Shown piece by piece: positions 63,843-64,000 of a stretch of DNA of 64,000 bases (its first letter is position 1; the number at the start of each line of letters is the position of its first letter). The position numbers were made by a program, and so were the translations under genes. Source of the stretch: Takakia lepidozioides (Eukaryota > Plantae > Bryophyta); assembly GCA_030704615.1 (NCBI GenBank), contig CM060732.1:46810001-46874000 (forward strand), read 5' to 3'. The notes under the pieces were generated by a model. It was not told where the DNA came from and did no database searches. It worked only from the letters and a program-made list of their open reading frames with translations.

Positions 63843-64000
63843 TGTTAGAGGACTGCTTGGGACTTAGACGCTTTTACGGGATCTGTGGGGTACCCTTAAT
63901 TTTTACACAGACTGAGACCAACAGGAGCCTTAGGGGTGACAGCAACAGGCTTTAGGGGGGAGATACACACCCCAACACAGTCCATACAGCCCGTCACAGC
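63843..64000 (+). repeat. 3' LTR of element C (runs out of window)
   Basis: Starts TG; matches revcomp 13155-13208 then 29225 onward. Confidence 0.92.

Larger units (their letters stand above)
52701..64000 (+). mobile_element. Ty3/Gypsy element C internal region and start of 3' LTR (element begins at the split 5' LTR 13155-13208 / 29225-30278)
   Basis: Continuity across the copy-B TSD; gag-pol; PPT; LTR match. Confidence 0.9.

Overview
Repeat-dense land-plant genomic DNA (spliceosomal introns, PLS/DYW-PPR and ALWAYS EARLY-like pseudogene fragments, Ty3/Gypsy, LINE and CACTA remnants). No intact host gene is evident. The main feature is two diverged copies of one ~11-kb Mutator-like DNA transposon family: copy A (2180-13154 plus a displaced terminus at 29166-29224) and copy B (30379-52689). 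Each copy has an 11-bp TSD and two divergent intron-containing genes. One encodes a GCM/WRKY-like + MULE-DDE + SWIM transposase. The other encodes a large protein joining a ParB/Srx-type domain (WDGNHRLLAW) to a beta-class N6A/N4C DNA-methyltransferase-like domain with an atypical DIPD motif IV. Introns of the second gene carry arrays of 22-30-bp palindromes with a shared CGTTGACG core and copy-specific arms, suggesting a self-recognition (parS-like or VANC-like) system. Copy B sits inside Gypsy element C and is itself interrupted by a young Gypsy element D. The ends of D are circularly permuted by 11 bp relative to its PBS/PPT-defined cDNA ends. One 16-kb inversion (13155-29224) explains both the split terminus of A and the split 5' LTR of C. 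A 300-bp inversion lies inside the ParB-MTase gene of B. Protein assignments are by-eye motif recognition with no database searches, and exon boundaries are approximate.
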